DNA of 64,000 bases from Asterias rubens (lineage: Eukaryota), in contig NC_047066.1 of the NCBI RefSeq assembly GCF_902459465.1, positions 6,634,001 to 6,698,000 on the forward strand, in the 5' to 3' direction. The notes under the pieces are model-generated. The model did no database searches and was not told the origin of the DNA. It saw only the letters and a program-made list of their open reading frames with translations. Shown here one piece after another: positions 1-11,900 of this stretch. Within the stretch, counting starts at the first letter, position 1, and every line of letters begins with the position of its first letter. Both the position numbers and the translations under genes were made by a program.

Positions 1-1736
1 AAGTTCTTGCTATCACTACATACATCCAGTAAAGAATCCATGCAGTTTTTGATTACTGTTACTAGTTCAACTTTTTGGTCCGAGGGAGTTGTTAATGTTG
101 AGCATCCTTTAGGAGGAATTTGGCTCGCAAAGGATGGTGTTTCATGCACAGTCTGAGTTTGGGTTTCACGAAAGTCTGTTTGACACGACTGGCTGTTTAA
201 TGAAGAGTGGGTTGATGCCCTTGCGTGTTCTGACTCAAGCTTGTCTGGTTTTAACACAACTGGTGAAACCTGGACACCAATTCTGACATTTCCCGATGTC
301 TGGATTTCCAATGATGGTGGGCATTTGCATTCTGAGCAAGAACACAATGCACATGTTGGCCCTGCTTCAGCTCCCTGCTGTTTTGGTGTTTCAAAGTCAC
401 TGCCATTTTCTACAGGGGCCTTGTTGATGGCAACTTCTTGTTCTGTTTGCACGTGAGGAACCTTTGATTGCGTTTGGCAGTGTTTTTCAACAAAAGTTTC
501 ATTTGGATTTGATAGTGGTGCAGACAGTTTGATGTCTTGGGACTTCACTGTATGTAAATCCTCTTTGGGACTCATTTTTCCTTGAGTGACATCAAGCTCC
601 CCAATACTTTCTCTGTATTTACGTTTCAGACTGATGCGTCGCCGTCTCTTTTGCTCATGACAAGCAATCTTTGCTTTCGCCAGTCTTGCAGAAAGGCTAG
701 ATCTTTTTGAAGTTGAAAGCTCTTCAAGTAGATCTGAAAGAGTAATACTTAAACATGGATCAGATGTCGAGGATATTTGGGGTGTTTGTTGTTGATAAAG
801 CGCTCCAACTCCTTCAACTCCTGGCTGATTTTTAGACTGAACCATGATTTCTGCTTCTTCCAAAGATGTACCAGATGCCGGGATGTTTTGCTTACACTTT
901 TCTGTCTGGACCCTCGGGGTGCTGACTCGATGTAACCACGACGACTTAGGTGTTTCGAACCTATTCAAGTTGGTGCTAGTTCTTTGTGGTTCTGCGAGAT
1001 GCTCAGTTGACAATACGACCATTGGTGCTGCAGTTTTCCCAGATTTACTTCTTCCTTTGGTTTTCTTAGAATGAGAAATTGTGGAGTGTCCAGAACTTTC
1101 AAGACCTTTCTTTATGCGTTTTTTTTTCTTCAGTCTCTTGGCCTCGGTTGGTGCCAATTCTGTCATGACTCGTTTCAGCCCTTTTGCGAGAGGATTATCA
1201 GGTACTTTGAGTGGATGGAGAGTTGAACTTTCAAATACCTGCTCTTGATCAGTTTGTTTTGAATTGCGGATAGATTTGACAGAAGCAAAGGAATCCCCTT
1301 CAATGATCTCTATGATTTCAGCTGTGTCTTCCTGAGAACTCACAAGACTCGGCGTTCCCTTTTGAATCAGGCCGCTTTTTCTTCTGTGCCTCCCTCTCCT
1401 CTTGATACTCAAGGAATTATCTGCCACAATAACATCTTTGGACACACTCTTTACGGTTTGATTGCCATCCCCTGATTGAACTGGCTCATCTATCCCATCA
1501 ATAAGGCGTTGTCTCTTCAATCTTTTCCTGGGGCTTGGAGTTGCCTGATCTGAGTTTGAGTTTTGACAGTCCCTCAGTGGCGATATACTATGAATCCTCA
1601 TCAGTCCGTCATCAGCAACGTCTTGCCAAAAGTCTGCGCTCAAATTCGAAAAGACAGGTTGGCTTTCCCTTGCTGGCTTTGTTGGGGTTTTTAAAACAGT
1701 TTGCATTGTTGGAGTGTTTTTTGCGTTGCAAGGCAT
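1..1736 (-). CDS. First coding exon (partial, runs off window) of an unidentified low-complexity Ser/Thr/Lys-rich, probably nuclear protein
   Basis: Manual translation of the minus strand is stop-free from ATG at 1736 to position 1 (578 codons; MPCNAKNTPTMQTVLKTPTKPARESQPVF...). There is an in-frame upstream stop near 1859 and a polypyrimidine/AG acceptor at 1895-1896. The protein has basic NLS-like runs (SPRKRLKRQR, KRLKKKKRIKK, KRRRISLKRK). No family recognised. Confidence 0.8.
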   Translation of the reverse strand, partial: MPCNAKNTPTMQTVLKTPTKPARESQPVFSNLSADFWQDVADDGLMRIHSISPLRDCQNSNSDQATPSPRKRLKRQRLIDGIDEPVQSGDGNQTVKSVSKDVIVADNSLSIKRRGRHRRKSGLIQKGTPSLVSSQEDTAEIIEIIEGDSFASVKSIRNSKQTDQEQVFESSTLHPLKVPDNPLAKGLKRVMTELAPTEAKRLKKKKRIKKGLESSGHSTISHSKKTKGRSKSGKTAAPMVVLSTEHLAEPQRTSTNLNRFETPKSSWLHRVSTPRVQTEKCKQNIPASGTSLEEAEIMVQSKNQPGVEGVGALYQQQTPQISSTSDPCLSITLSDLLEELSTSKRSSLSARLAKAKIACHEQKRRRRISLKRKYRESIGELDVTQGKMSPKEDLHTVKSQDIKLSAPLSNPNETFVEKHCQTQSKVPHVQTEQEVAINKAPVENGSDFETPKQQGAEAGPTCALCSCSECKCPPSLEIQTSGNVRIGVQVSPVVLKPDKLESEHARASTHSSLNSQSCQTDFRETQTQTVHETPSFASQIPPKGCSTLTTPSDQKVELVTVIKNCMDSLLDVCSDSKN

Positions 1737-2183
1737 TTTTTGTAATAATGCAGAGTCGAAATGGTCAAAATCCAAACTGTTCAAACAAAGTGGTTTCTCC
1801 ACGCAGCACAATATCCCATTCTGTATGATGGTTGACACGGGCTGGCTGGCACAAGCCTAAACTGAAGCTCAAAGATGTTGATTCAATTCTGCACCTGATG
1901 AAAGATAAAACAAATCACACCAATTTAAAACAAAGGCAACACTTTTTTAAAATCTCAACTGATCAAGTGTTCAGCAATCAGTCTAGTCAAACAGAATGAA
2001 TCAAGGGCTCATGGGTTGGAGAGGTTATGTGTAACACACTTGTAAGCCAAATGCTAGTAAAAACACGGATCGAAATCAAAATTCTCTCATGTTGTCTAGT
2101 CTCGGATAAAGACCCTCCTGTTATTGATACCCAACCATGGCCCAAGAGGGCGCTCTTACCTTAGTCTGCAATTACAAGGTCTG

Positions 2184-2339
2184 GGGCCTTTCTCAAAGCT
2201 CGGCTTGGGCTCCGGCTTAGGCTCCGCGTGCTGTGTATGCAGCTTGCATTGTAACCTGCATTTTGTTGCAGCGCGTATTGCACGGATATCAGCACGCAGA
2301 GCCTGAGCCGGAGCCCAAGCCGAGCTTTGAGAAAGGCCC
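2184..2339. mobile_element. Palindromic MITE, PIF/Harbinger-like
   Basis: Near-perfect terminal inverted repeats gggcctttctcaaagctcggcttgggctccggct.../...agccggagcccaagccgagctttgagaaaggccc, with a 3-bp CTG duplication at 2181-2183 and 2340-2342. Confidence 0.8.
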
Positions 2340-3092
2340 CTGGTATTACAGCGGTGAGGGAATCAAACAAAGGAATAGTAGCGCCCTCTATCGTCAATGA
2401 TGCAGTATAAGTGTAACTTATAAGGCTCCCCTCTAACATTTTGGGCCTCATTTTCAAAACTGTGATGATTGGTTAACATTTTACTGTTGGTTGCCATCAT
2501 TAACTTCAGTTTCCTCTGTACTACACAACCAAAACTTTTTCCACATACTTAGTATACACTCATAAGGCTTGCATTGCCTTTTAATTGAGTTACAATAAAA
2601 ACCATCCTAAAATTCTCTCACGTTGTCTAGTCTTGGATAAAAACATCCTAAAAAATGCAATTTTCTTCTTGGCGGCTATTAGGCCTATTGTTGTTTTTCT
2701 GTTGAAGCGTCAATTTTTGAAGCGTTATCTTTGGTCACCAGCGCTGTATCCCACGGGACGAGTACCATGCCAGTTACAGTGAATCGATGAACCGCCGAGC
2801 CACGGTGAAAGGGCCGTTACAAGGCAGTGCAGCAGTGCGTGTGCGCTGTCCGTTTTCGAATGCCTGCCATTCAATCATGGGGGGGCCTTTCTTGAGTTAT
2901 AAGTTATAGTTTCTAGAAAAGAAGTAGATGATGCCCCATCCATAATTCATAATCATCACACATAGAATGATCTGTACACTAGTGCTGGGCGAATAGTGAA
3001 ATTTTGTTATTCGGATACCGCTGGCCAACTATCCGAAATTAACCGGATATTCGAATAGTTTTTTCGCCGCCAGAGGACGCTATTAAACAAAA

Positions 3093-3115
3093 TATATATA
3101 TATATATATATATAT
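3093..3115. repeat. (TA)n microsatellite; other simple runs are (TAA)n at 9597-9617, poly-C at 17008-17031 and poly-G at about 4553, 14473 and 23462
   Basis: Seen directly in the sequence. Confidence 0.9.
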
Positions 3116-3136
3116 TTAAATTTTATTTATTTTTTT

Positions 3137-3152
3137 GCCACTAGAGGGCGCT
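3137..3152 (+). promoter_or_regulatory. CTCF-type motif (GCCACTAGAGGGCGCT); weaker second copy at 3066-3081
   Basis: Match to the CCASYAGRKGGCRS core consensus. Motif match only; binding is not shown. Confidence 0.5.
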
Positions 3153-3526
3153 GTTCGTTTGTGAATGAGATCTTCTGGGCGGATTGATATTAGTTTTAGA
3201 CAGTGTCACTCGGTTCATAAAAATGACCGGATCTAATTTAAAGATGGCGATTTGCTTTTTCTTTTGATCGTGGATGACTCTACGTGAAGGAAAACTTGTT
3301 GTAATCTTTGAACAAATTACGTCAGAAATGTCAATGTTTTAACTCTTCACGGAGGTGAGCATAGTTAAATACTTAATTTATGCTGTTTTATGCTGTCTTA
3401 ATAGAAGTCTTTAGACGTCCTCAGCCAAACAAGAACTGTTACAAATACTCATTTTTGCCAAGAACAATAGCCCAATGGAATAGCCTACCATCTAACATCA
3501 GGGAGTCACCAACTATAGAAATCTTA

Positions 3527-4011
3527 AAGTCTTTTAAAAGCCTGTTGTAACCGTTTGTTATAAAATGCATATGGTTGGAAAGATGTTGTAAAAGTAGAAT
3601 ACAATGATCTACACAAATATGGGGATGCCTCGAAATTGCGTGGTTTTCTTTTTACCTCGTCCCATAACACGGTCGGCCATTTATGGGAGTCAAAATTTTG
3701 ACTCCCATATAAATGGCCGACCGTGCTAGTTTGCGTGTATAAAGAAAACCGTACAGTTTTGAGTGATACTTGTGTGGATCATTATATTCTACTTTGGATA
3801 ACTTTCCATATGGCGCCACCACTTTTTCACTCATTTTTCAATCAGGTTAATAAGTTCCTATATTATTTTATATCGAATGAAAAAGTGGTGGCGCCATACG
3901 GAAACTTTTCCTCTACTTTTAAAACATCTTTCTAACCATATGCATTTTATAACAAACGGTTTCAAACGCTTTTTATAGAACAACTCGACCGATCCAAGGC
4001 AACGTGTTCCT
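3527..4011. mobile_element. Palindromic TTAA-flanked (Kolobok-like) non-autonomous element with eroded 5' end and a nested MITE
   Basis: Same family as 63666-64000. It has an internal palindrome (cacggtcggccattt...aaatggccgaccgtg) and ends ...gtgttcct|ttaa. Confidence 0.7.
3796..3911. mobile_element. 116-bp MITE with GG...CC termini and 8-bp TSD
   Basis: TIR ggataactttccatatggcgccaccacttttt/aaaaagtggtggcgccatacggaaacttttcc. TCTACTTT is duplicated at 3788-3795 and 3912-3919; the host-family copy at about 63917 has a single TCTACTTT. Other copies lie at 36783-36914, 44670-44773 and, degenerate, at about 43845-43935. Confidence 0.85.
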
Positions 4012-4672
4012 TTAATTAACAGCTCAACTCAGACGAAACCGAAATAGTTCTAGGAGTAATCGTTCGTAACCCTCCAGATTCATCCATGGCCATGGTCTGG
4101 ATGGGACCATGAGTGACATTGACAACAATGACATCTTTCAATTACAAATTGTGTTACTTACAGCATGGGTGTTAATTTATCCAAAATACCGCGTTCTTTA
4201 CCTTTTTTCTCAGGGCTCAAATGTCCATCTTTCGAGAAATAGAATAAGTTGTTGGCCTCTCAATCAAAAAGTGCATGTGCAGAGTAGACTCAAAACCATG
4301 CGCGTTATCATCCTTTTTCCCATTATGTCAAGAAAGCACGCAGCGCGCTTGTGTTTTGCAATAACAGATCGTACCCACAGCAGAACCGGGGTTGACATTT
4401 GCATTTGATCTACGCTTGTAAACCTATATCACGTGTCTGTCAGGTGGTTTGTTTTATTTCCAAATTGCGCAGGCTGTAGTTACGCGAGCAAACTACAGAT
4501 GCGCGTGCTAACTCAAATTGCAACTTGTAGTGCAGAATCCAAAATACCTGTACGGGGGGGGGGGGGGATGGGGGCGGGATCGTTTAAGGGGTAGATTAAA
4601 TAACAAATGTTCACTTTTAACATTTTTATATTTTATTTTAGCAACGCTGAAAACCCCCAGCACTTCACCCAG

Positions 4673-4794
4673 GGCCCAATGTCATAGAGCTGCTAAGTTA
4701 AGCACAAAAATTTAGTTGATAATCCTGTTTGTATGAAGGAAGAAATTTCATGCTAAGCAAATTTTGGTGATTAGCAGCTCTATGAAATTGGGCC
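4673..4794. mobile_element. Representative of an abundant GGCCCAATTTCAT...ATGAAATTGGGCC MITE family (Harbinger-like, CWG flanks)
   Basis: Inverted termini. Related copies at about 5828-6057, 8044-8240, 22426-22647, 46425-46612, 52430-52718, 52900-53090 and 56593-56840. Confidence 0.75.
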
Positions 4795-6768
4795 CTGTGA
4801 GCGCCCTTGACATTTTTTGGCTTTAAAACCATGGAGGCCTGTAGACGGAGGTTGGAATCACGTTTAGGCTTGCCCATCCTTGTCTATTCTCTCATTAGGT
4901 TGAAAAGATCAGCTGAGAAACACCCCGATATCCCTAACAACTACATCTGTAGGCTACAGCTGAGCATCTGTCTTCCCCTGGAATACGACAAAGATAACTT
5001 GTCTGCGCTTCAGATCAAAATTGGCTGGACGCAGATGCGCTACTCCTTCAGTCTTTCACACTTGTGAACTAATTATACCAACAAAACAACACAACACTTC
5101 TTGAAACTCTTCATAAAATAAATATAAATTGGTTTTTATTCAAACTACATGTTTGTAGTAATTTAGTACAATGGTATAGTTGGGTCAGTGGGCATAAATC
5201 TGTACAACAAATAATATTCACAAATTAAGGCAAACTAAAGTTCTTTTGATTCTACCACAAGGGACAAACCGAAGCTGTCTGGATTTCGAAACATGTATAT
5301 CAATGCAACGTCAAAAAAAACATATGTACAGGAGAATTATTGCATATACTTGTAAAAGAATTAATCGCATTTAGTGTTTATATAGTCTCGGAAAAAGTGT
5401 CAAAAACTTTCATTTTGTGATGAGATGAATTTATTTCACGTCACACCAAAACTATAACTTTGTCAGACAGTTCTAGGGCAAGTGTTGGAAAGAGCTGCAT
5501 GCTTGTGAACTTTAAAAAACAAAACCGGGGTGAAATAAGTCAATCAAGCAATAAATATATGCGCAGCCACAACAACAACAAATTAAAAAACCAATCCATT
5601 ATAATACGCTATACCCCTTTATACATTGATTCATCACACCAGCAGATGGTGCCCAAAAGTGTGTCAAAAGTTGACACTTAAAAACTCACAAGACAAAAGG
5701 TTTGGATGACATATCGTAATGATGAAAAAATAGCACCAAAATGCACTGTTTATGATGTAGGCCATGTAAGGTTTGATTAGTGAATACCACATGACCAACA
5801 ATATTCCGATCAAATGACAAGGATCTGGACCCAATCTCATGGCTCTGCTTACCGTAAGCAAAGGATCAGCGCTTTAAAGTAAACATGTTCACAGGTTATC
5901 AAGTAATTGTTGCTTGTGCGCATGCGTACTCCACATCTCCCCTAGGCATTATTCGCTTACACAGCTAGCACAAATATGCTGCTTGCACAGTAAGCGAGAA
6001 TGGTGATCGTAAGCGCAGAATTTGGCAGTATAAGGAGAGCCATGAATTTGGGCCCTGCTTGGGTGTTGTATAAACATGTACATTTGAGTTCATGTAAAAT
6101 ACAAAATGGTAGATATTTGTTGGGACAAAACAAATTGATCAGGCCTAAACACAATTCAAGAAAATAAATAAACGTATGGTTTCTTACCCCAAAAAACGTT
6201 CATAATTAAGAGATAAATAAGCTTTTTACAAACACTTTGTACACAAATTTGAATAGTTAATTATGGTTGGAAAAAATTCAACCAAAGTACTATAATTTAA
6301 AGACGTGTCTATTTGCTAACTCACTGTTCAAAGAATTTTTCTGGAAATTATAAAGTAAACCATCAAATTCGTCTTCTTCTGTTAAAACATTATCTAAGAA
6401 CTTTCATTGGAAGCCTATTTTGTTTTCAAAAATATATAAGAATATTTTATTTAAGTTTGATTTCATAACTTTCTTGTTTAGGACTGAAAGTAAATATCAT
6501 ACATTACTTTATATGACTGAACACTTTTTTTTTTTAATGGACGGCAACAAAATAATAAAATTACTGAACAAAGATTTTTCATAGCAACCATCGTAATTTT
6601 TAAGATGGCCCTATCAATAGATCCCTTGGTACAATGGTACAAGGGCCCAATTCCAAGCGTACAAATTTGCCAAGCGAAGAAAAATCTTGATAAGCAGAAA
6701 CTGGTTACCAACTAAATTTCATTAACTTTACATTGTTGCAACTGGTGCCCCCTCAATGTTTTGCTTAA

Positions 6769-7168
6769 AGGCAGTGGACACTATTGGTAATTACTCAAAA
6801 TAATTATTATCATGAAACCTTTCTTGATTACGAGTAATGGGGAGAGGTTGATAGCATAAAACATTGTGAGAAACGGCTCCCTCTGACATTCTGAAGTGAA
6901 GTAGTTTTTGAGAAAGAAGTTATTTTCCACGAATTTGATTTCAAGACCTCAGATTTAGAATTTGAGGTCTCGAAATCAACCATCTGAAAGCACACAACTC
7001 AGTGTGACCATGGTGCGACAAGGGTGTTTTTTCCTTTCATTAATATCTTGCAACTTCAAAGACCAATTGAGCTCAAAATTGCACAGGTTTGTTACTTTAT
7101 GCATATGTTGAGATACGCTATAAGTGAGAAGACTAGTCTTTGACAATTACCAATAGTGTCCAGTGTCT
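6769..7168. mobile_element. TTAA-flanked non-autonomous DNA transposon (Kolobok-like)
   Basis: ttaa|aggcagtggacactattggtaatt...aattaccaatagtgtccagtgtct|ttaa. Family copies at 19366-19745, 44270-44647 (opposite orientation), 30679-about 30820 and about 39860-40063 (both partial). Confidence 0.85.
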
Positions 7169-8984
7169 TTAACAGCGTTATTAAAATTAGGACCAGGACC
7201 TGCTCATCCAGAGGTTGCGATACATAAAGTTGCCCGTAACCATTTGACATAGCAACTGTCTCGATAGTATGAGGAATTAATTTTAAGTAGTGACTTGTGA
7301 CTTAGCAAGTCCTTGTTCAAGACATTACCCAAATACAGTAATGGCTTAGCTTAGCTGGCTGTTTGGTGTATTCATTGAAAAATAGAGGTTTAGAATGAAA
7401 TTGCCCTATTTTAAAAGACAAAGTATCTTACATTTAGTAACTACACCTTCGATGTGCCATCTCTAAAAAATAAAAGAGCTGATTGTTTTACCAACCAAAA
7501 CTTTTACCCCAAAAAATTAATTAATTATTAAGTACCTATATGAACAAGCTTCGTCAAGTATTTGTTCATAAAAGCACCAACGGTTTTAAAGCACCAATAA
7601 ATTAGTTTAACAAGATGAGCTACAACATGTTATTAAGTAATGCTGAATGAATGCTGTCTGATCTGACAAAACAATTAAAACAATCAACCAGGGAGGAGAT
7701 TTGGTGTTCATGAAAATTCCACAAAAAAACTGGCCTGTGGGGCTGGATTCCCCCTTATTCTAAACCCAGAACCTGTGTAATGTTGTAACATTCAGGAGGT
7801 TTAAAGACTCGGTACATGACCAAAAATACAAAGATACAAGTTTCTTTCTTACTTCTTGCAAGAAAAGGTTAAGGCTCAACGAGGCTTTGAGGAAATCCTT
7901 GAAATCAGGAAAAATCCTTAGAAAGATATGCCAGGATAACAGCCCTCTCTATTGAAGTGTTCGCATCATTTGGTGCTTGATTTGTGGCAAGTTGTTTTAC
8001 TGTGTACTAACTTACAGAGCTTGCCATACTCGCGAAAACACCAGGGCCCAATTTCATGTCTCTGCTTACCGTAAGCAAAGAATCTGCAATTATGGAAGCA
8101 GGGAATTCAATATTTCACAGGTTAGCAGGAAATTTTCACATTACTAGGCATTCGACACTTAAAGAGCTCGTGCAGAAGTTCTGCGCTTGCCCTGTAAGCA
8201 GAGAATGGTGATCGTTTAGCTCAGAATATGGCGGTAAGCAGAGCCATGAAATTTTCCCCTGATGCTTGCTACTCTTTCTACAAGCAAAATTACCAGAGAA
8301 ATAAGGTGTAGAGTCCCAAACATGTGTCCATGAATTAGCAAATTTGTGAATACAAAGTACTTTAGAATTCATTGCAAAACAAAGTTATTATTGTAATGAA
8401 TAAACAGAAAAGCACCCTTTCAATGTCACAACATTCTCATCATCAACTTTAACCTCACTCTGAGAGGTCAAGTCACAAATGCTAAAACAACCTTTTCCTT
8501 CATTTTCTGGTAAAACTTTGTTACGCTTATATCAGAGATTACTTTTTCGACAAAATAAAAAAATTGTATGGAACAAGAACAAGGTATGAATTTAAGTCAA
8601 TGCAGTAAAAAGAAAACAAAAACAAAAAATCAGTACCATTTGCTCCACAAGGAATTACAAAAAATACTAACGTAAAACACTAAGTACGCCGATGTATGGA
8701 AGAGGGGAGGGATGATCCTAAATGCTTCAACCGAGGTCCACAAATAAAAGCGTGGTCTCTACAAGGTTAAGATGGTCGGGCAAAATGAAGACCACGCCCG
8801 ACCACGCCCCAACCACGCCCAGTATAAGAGTCAACCGCTTCTATTTCTCCAACACACCAAGATGCCTCAGTCATCTTTCAACTGTTACACAGTCACATTT
8901 TTTACACATTATAACAAAAATAAATACCTGCTCTATTTTTCAAACTTTGCAGGAAACTCTCTGAACTTTCATAGCAGACACTTT

Positions 8985-11900
8985 TTAGAGCTCTTCAAAG
9001 AAGGCAACCCTTGCTTTAGTTGAACCAGATTTTATCTGAAAAGCAAATAATAAAAAAATTAAATTAAACATGTTGATATAAACACTAATACTTTTGTTTT
9101 GGGGATGTAATAAACGACATACTTCGCTCGATGACGGCACCTGAACCAAAGGTGTTGGGATGGGCTGAAACTCTGGACCCAAGCTCTGGTGTTGTCAGCA
9201 GGAGAGTGTGGGTTCGATTCCCAGTCAGGACAAAACAGTATTGCTTTGCAGAAACAGGTTACCAGCCAAAATCAAACTAGTTTTGCATTGTTGAGGCTGG
9301 TGCCCAACTCAACTTCTGCTTAGCAAATTAACTTGTAAAAAAGTAACAACTTTGCGAAATTGGGCTCAGGTAGCTTCATGATGGGATCTTCAAAGAAGTC
9401 GATAACAAAATTCAAAATAAACTTACCCTGACGAGAGTAATGTACTTGGTCTCTCCCCTGTCGATCAGCTCGTTGTGTATTCGATCAAACTCCGTCTCCT
9501 TCTCCTCGACCTTCATGACTTCAATCTCCGACTTAAGCTCGTTCAGCTGCAACTGAAGATGTCTGCTCTTCTCCAGGTAGTCCACCCTGCAGGACGATAA
9601 TAATAATAATAATAATAGTGGCTTCTTATATAGCGCGCATATCCGTCACTAAGTGACGCTCAAGGCGCTTTAACATACAGTATTTTCCTGCAAGGTATGT
9701 GCGACTACATAGCGTTCCGTGCCTGGGTGGTTAAGAGCACCGGACTCAAGCTCAGGAAATACGCACTCCACAAACGCAACTGCTGTGGTGCCTTGTGTTT
9801 TTGCAAAGTTCCAATACAAATTTGAGTTTTCCTCATAGAAGTACCCCTAACAAGAGGAACAATTATGTGCCCCTTCAAGAATGGAAACATTACTAGACAA
9901 TATAATCCTGATAAAATAGAATTAAATGCTGAAAACTGCTTCCCAACCAAAATATGGTACAAATGCAAACAAAAGTTAGTGGCCTGACGTTTTAAACTAA
10001 AGGGAAGGTACACGTTTGGTAATTACTCAAAACAAATATTAACTTAAAAACTGACTTGGTAATGAGCAATTGGAGAGCTGTTGATGGTATAAAAGATTGT
10101 GAGAAACGGCTCCCTATGAAGTAGCATAGATTTTTTTAAAAGAGGTAATTTCTCACTCAAATAACAAAAGACTTCTAGCCAGAAGTCTTTTATTCCTTTC
10201 TGAAAGCACACAAATTTGTCCAACAAGGGTGGTTTTTCTTTCATCATTTTCTCGCAAATTCGATGACCAATTTAGCTCAAATTTTCACAGGCTTGGTATT
10301 TTATGCTTATGTTGGGATACACCAAGTGAGAAGACTGGTCTTTGAAAAATTACCAAACGTGTACCTTCCTTTTAACCCTAGCAGAGTCTTCAACCCTAGT
10401 AATCTTTCTCTGAGGCTAAATGACAACACAACACATGAACAGGGGTGCGTTCCACTCGCGCAAACGACTCGCAACTGTTCGCGCAAACGTTTTTTTATCG
10501 TTTGAACGATTGGTGCGTATACGCGATGTCAATATGGCGGCGCCCTGAAATGAAGATGGCGCGCACCATTTTTAAACTTCGTTTTTGCTGCAATAGTCCT
10601 CTTTTTGACATCATTACATCAACTAATTAACTTTGTTATTCCAAATCTGCATTATCATCCACCGAAAATACAATGTAATTATGTTTGTGACAAAGAAATA
10701 ATACCGTATGCTTGTCCGCCATTTTAAAAATCACTCGCCAACACCTCTGAAGTATGTTCGCCTAAAGTTGCCAACGTTCGCCAACGGTGGCGGCGAACAA
10801 CTCGTTCCACTTGAAATTGTTGGCGAACGTGCGCAACTTTTGGCAACGTTTGCGCGAGTGGAACGCACCCCAGGTATAAGTGTAACANNNNNNNNNNNNN
10901 NNNNNNNNNNNNNNNNNNNNNNNNNNNNNNNNNNNNNNNNNNNNNNNNNNNNNNNNNNNNNNNNNNNNNNNNNNNNNNNNNNNNNNNNNNNNNNNNNNNN
11001 NNNNNNNNNNNNNNNNNNNNNNNNNNNNNNNNNNNNNNNNNNNNNNNNNNNNNNNNNNNNNNNNNNNNNNNNNNNNNNNNNNNNNNNNNNNNNNNNNNNN
11101 NNNNNNNNNNNNNNNNNNNNNNNNNNNNNNNNNNNNNNNNNNNNNNNNNNNNNNNNNNNNNNNNNNNNNNNNNNACACAACAGAAACCTATATACCTTTC
11201 TTTTTCAATTTCTTTGGATAGTTTTTCCACATCCCCATCTGTCATCAGTTCATATGAGTTACTCTCGCTCTCGATCGCAAAGTCGCCGTCAAGTTGTAGC
11301 TTTTCTAGCTCGGAGCTTGTTATAACATGTGCGGACGTGAACTGTTTGAAAAATAGACACAGCATCAGGATGAGTAAACATAGTATGAGAAATCATTGCA
11401 ACGAGTATGTTATCTGATGTTACCGGAAGAGTGATGGCACACCATTGGTTCAATTTGGAGAGCACATTAGTTTGTATTTTCTAAGAATTTTCGTTGTAGA
11501 CCTGAAACTTTTTTGAACAAAAAGTTCTACTAGTCTTGAGAATGGATTGTACAACTAAATGTGATTGGTGAGTTATTGCATATCGTGCATTAATTTAATG
11601 AATCTGGCTATGGGTACAATATTTGCTGCTTAAAAAGTGGCACACTACAGTGACAACGAGAACGCTAACAATAATGATGCAAAGAGAACGCATTCTATTG
11701 GTTGAAATGCTCCAAGCAGAATACGCCCATGCTCATTCAACCAATCGAGGGCGATCATTTTTATCGTTCTCATTTTCGTCCTGTATGACCGGGCTTTTAC
11801 CCTCCCCTCTATTGGGTCTTCATTGTGTTCTGGGAATCTCAGAAATTCTTAAAGGAACATTACAGAGTTGGTAAGAAAACAAAATCGTGAAGATCACAGA

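Noticed and set aside
10708-11365. Long ORFs in the track spanning the N run
   Set aside because: Artefacts of translating Ns. Only 11196-11341 (an NF2 exon) is real.
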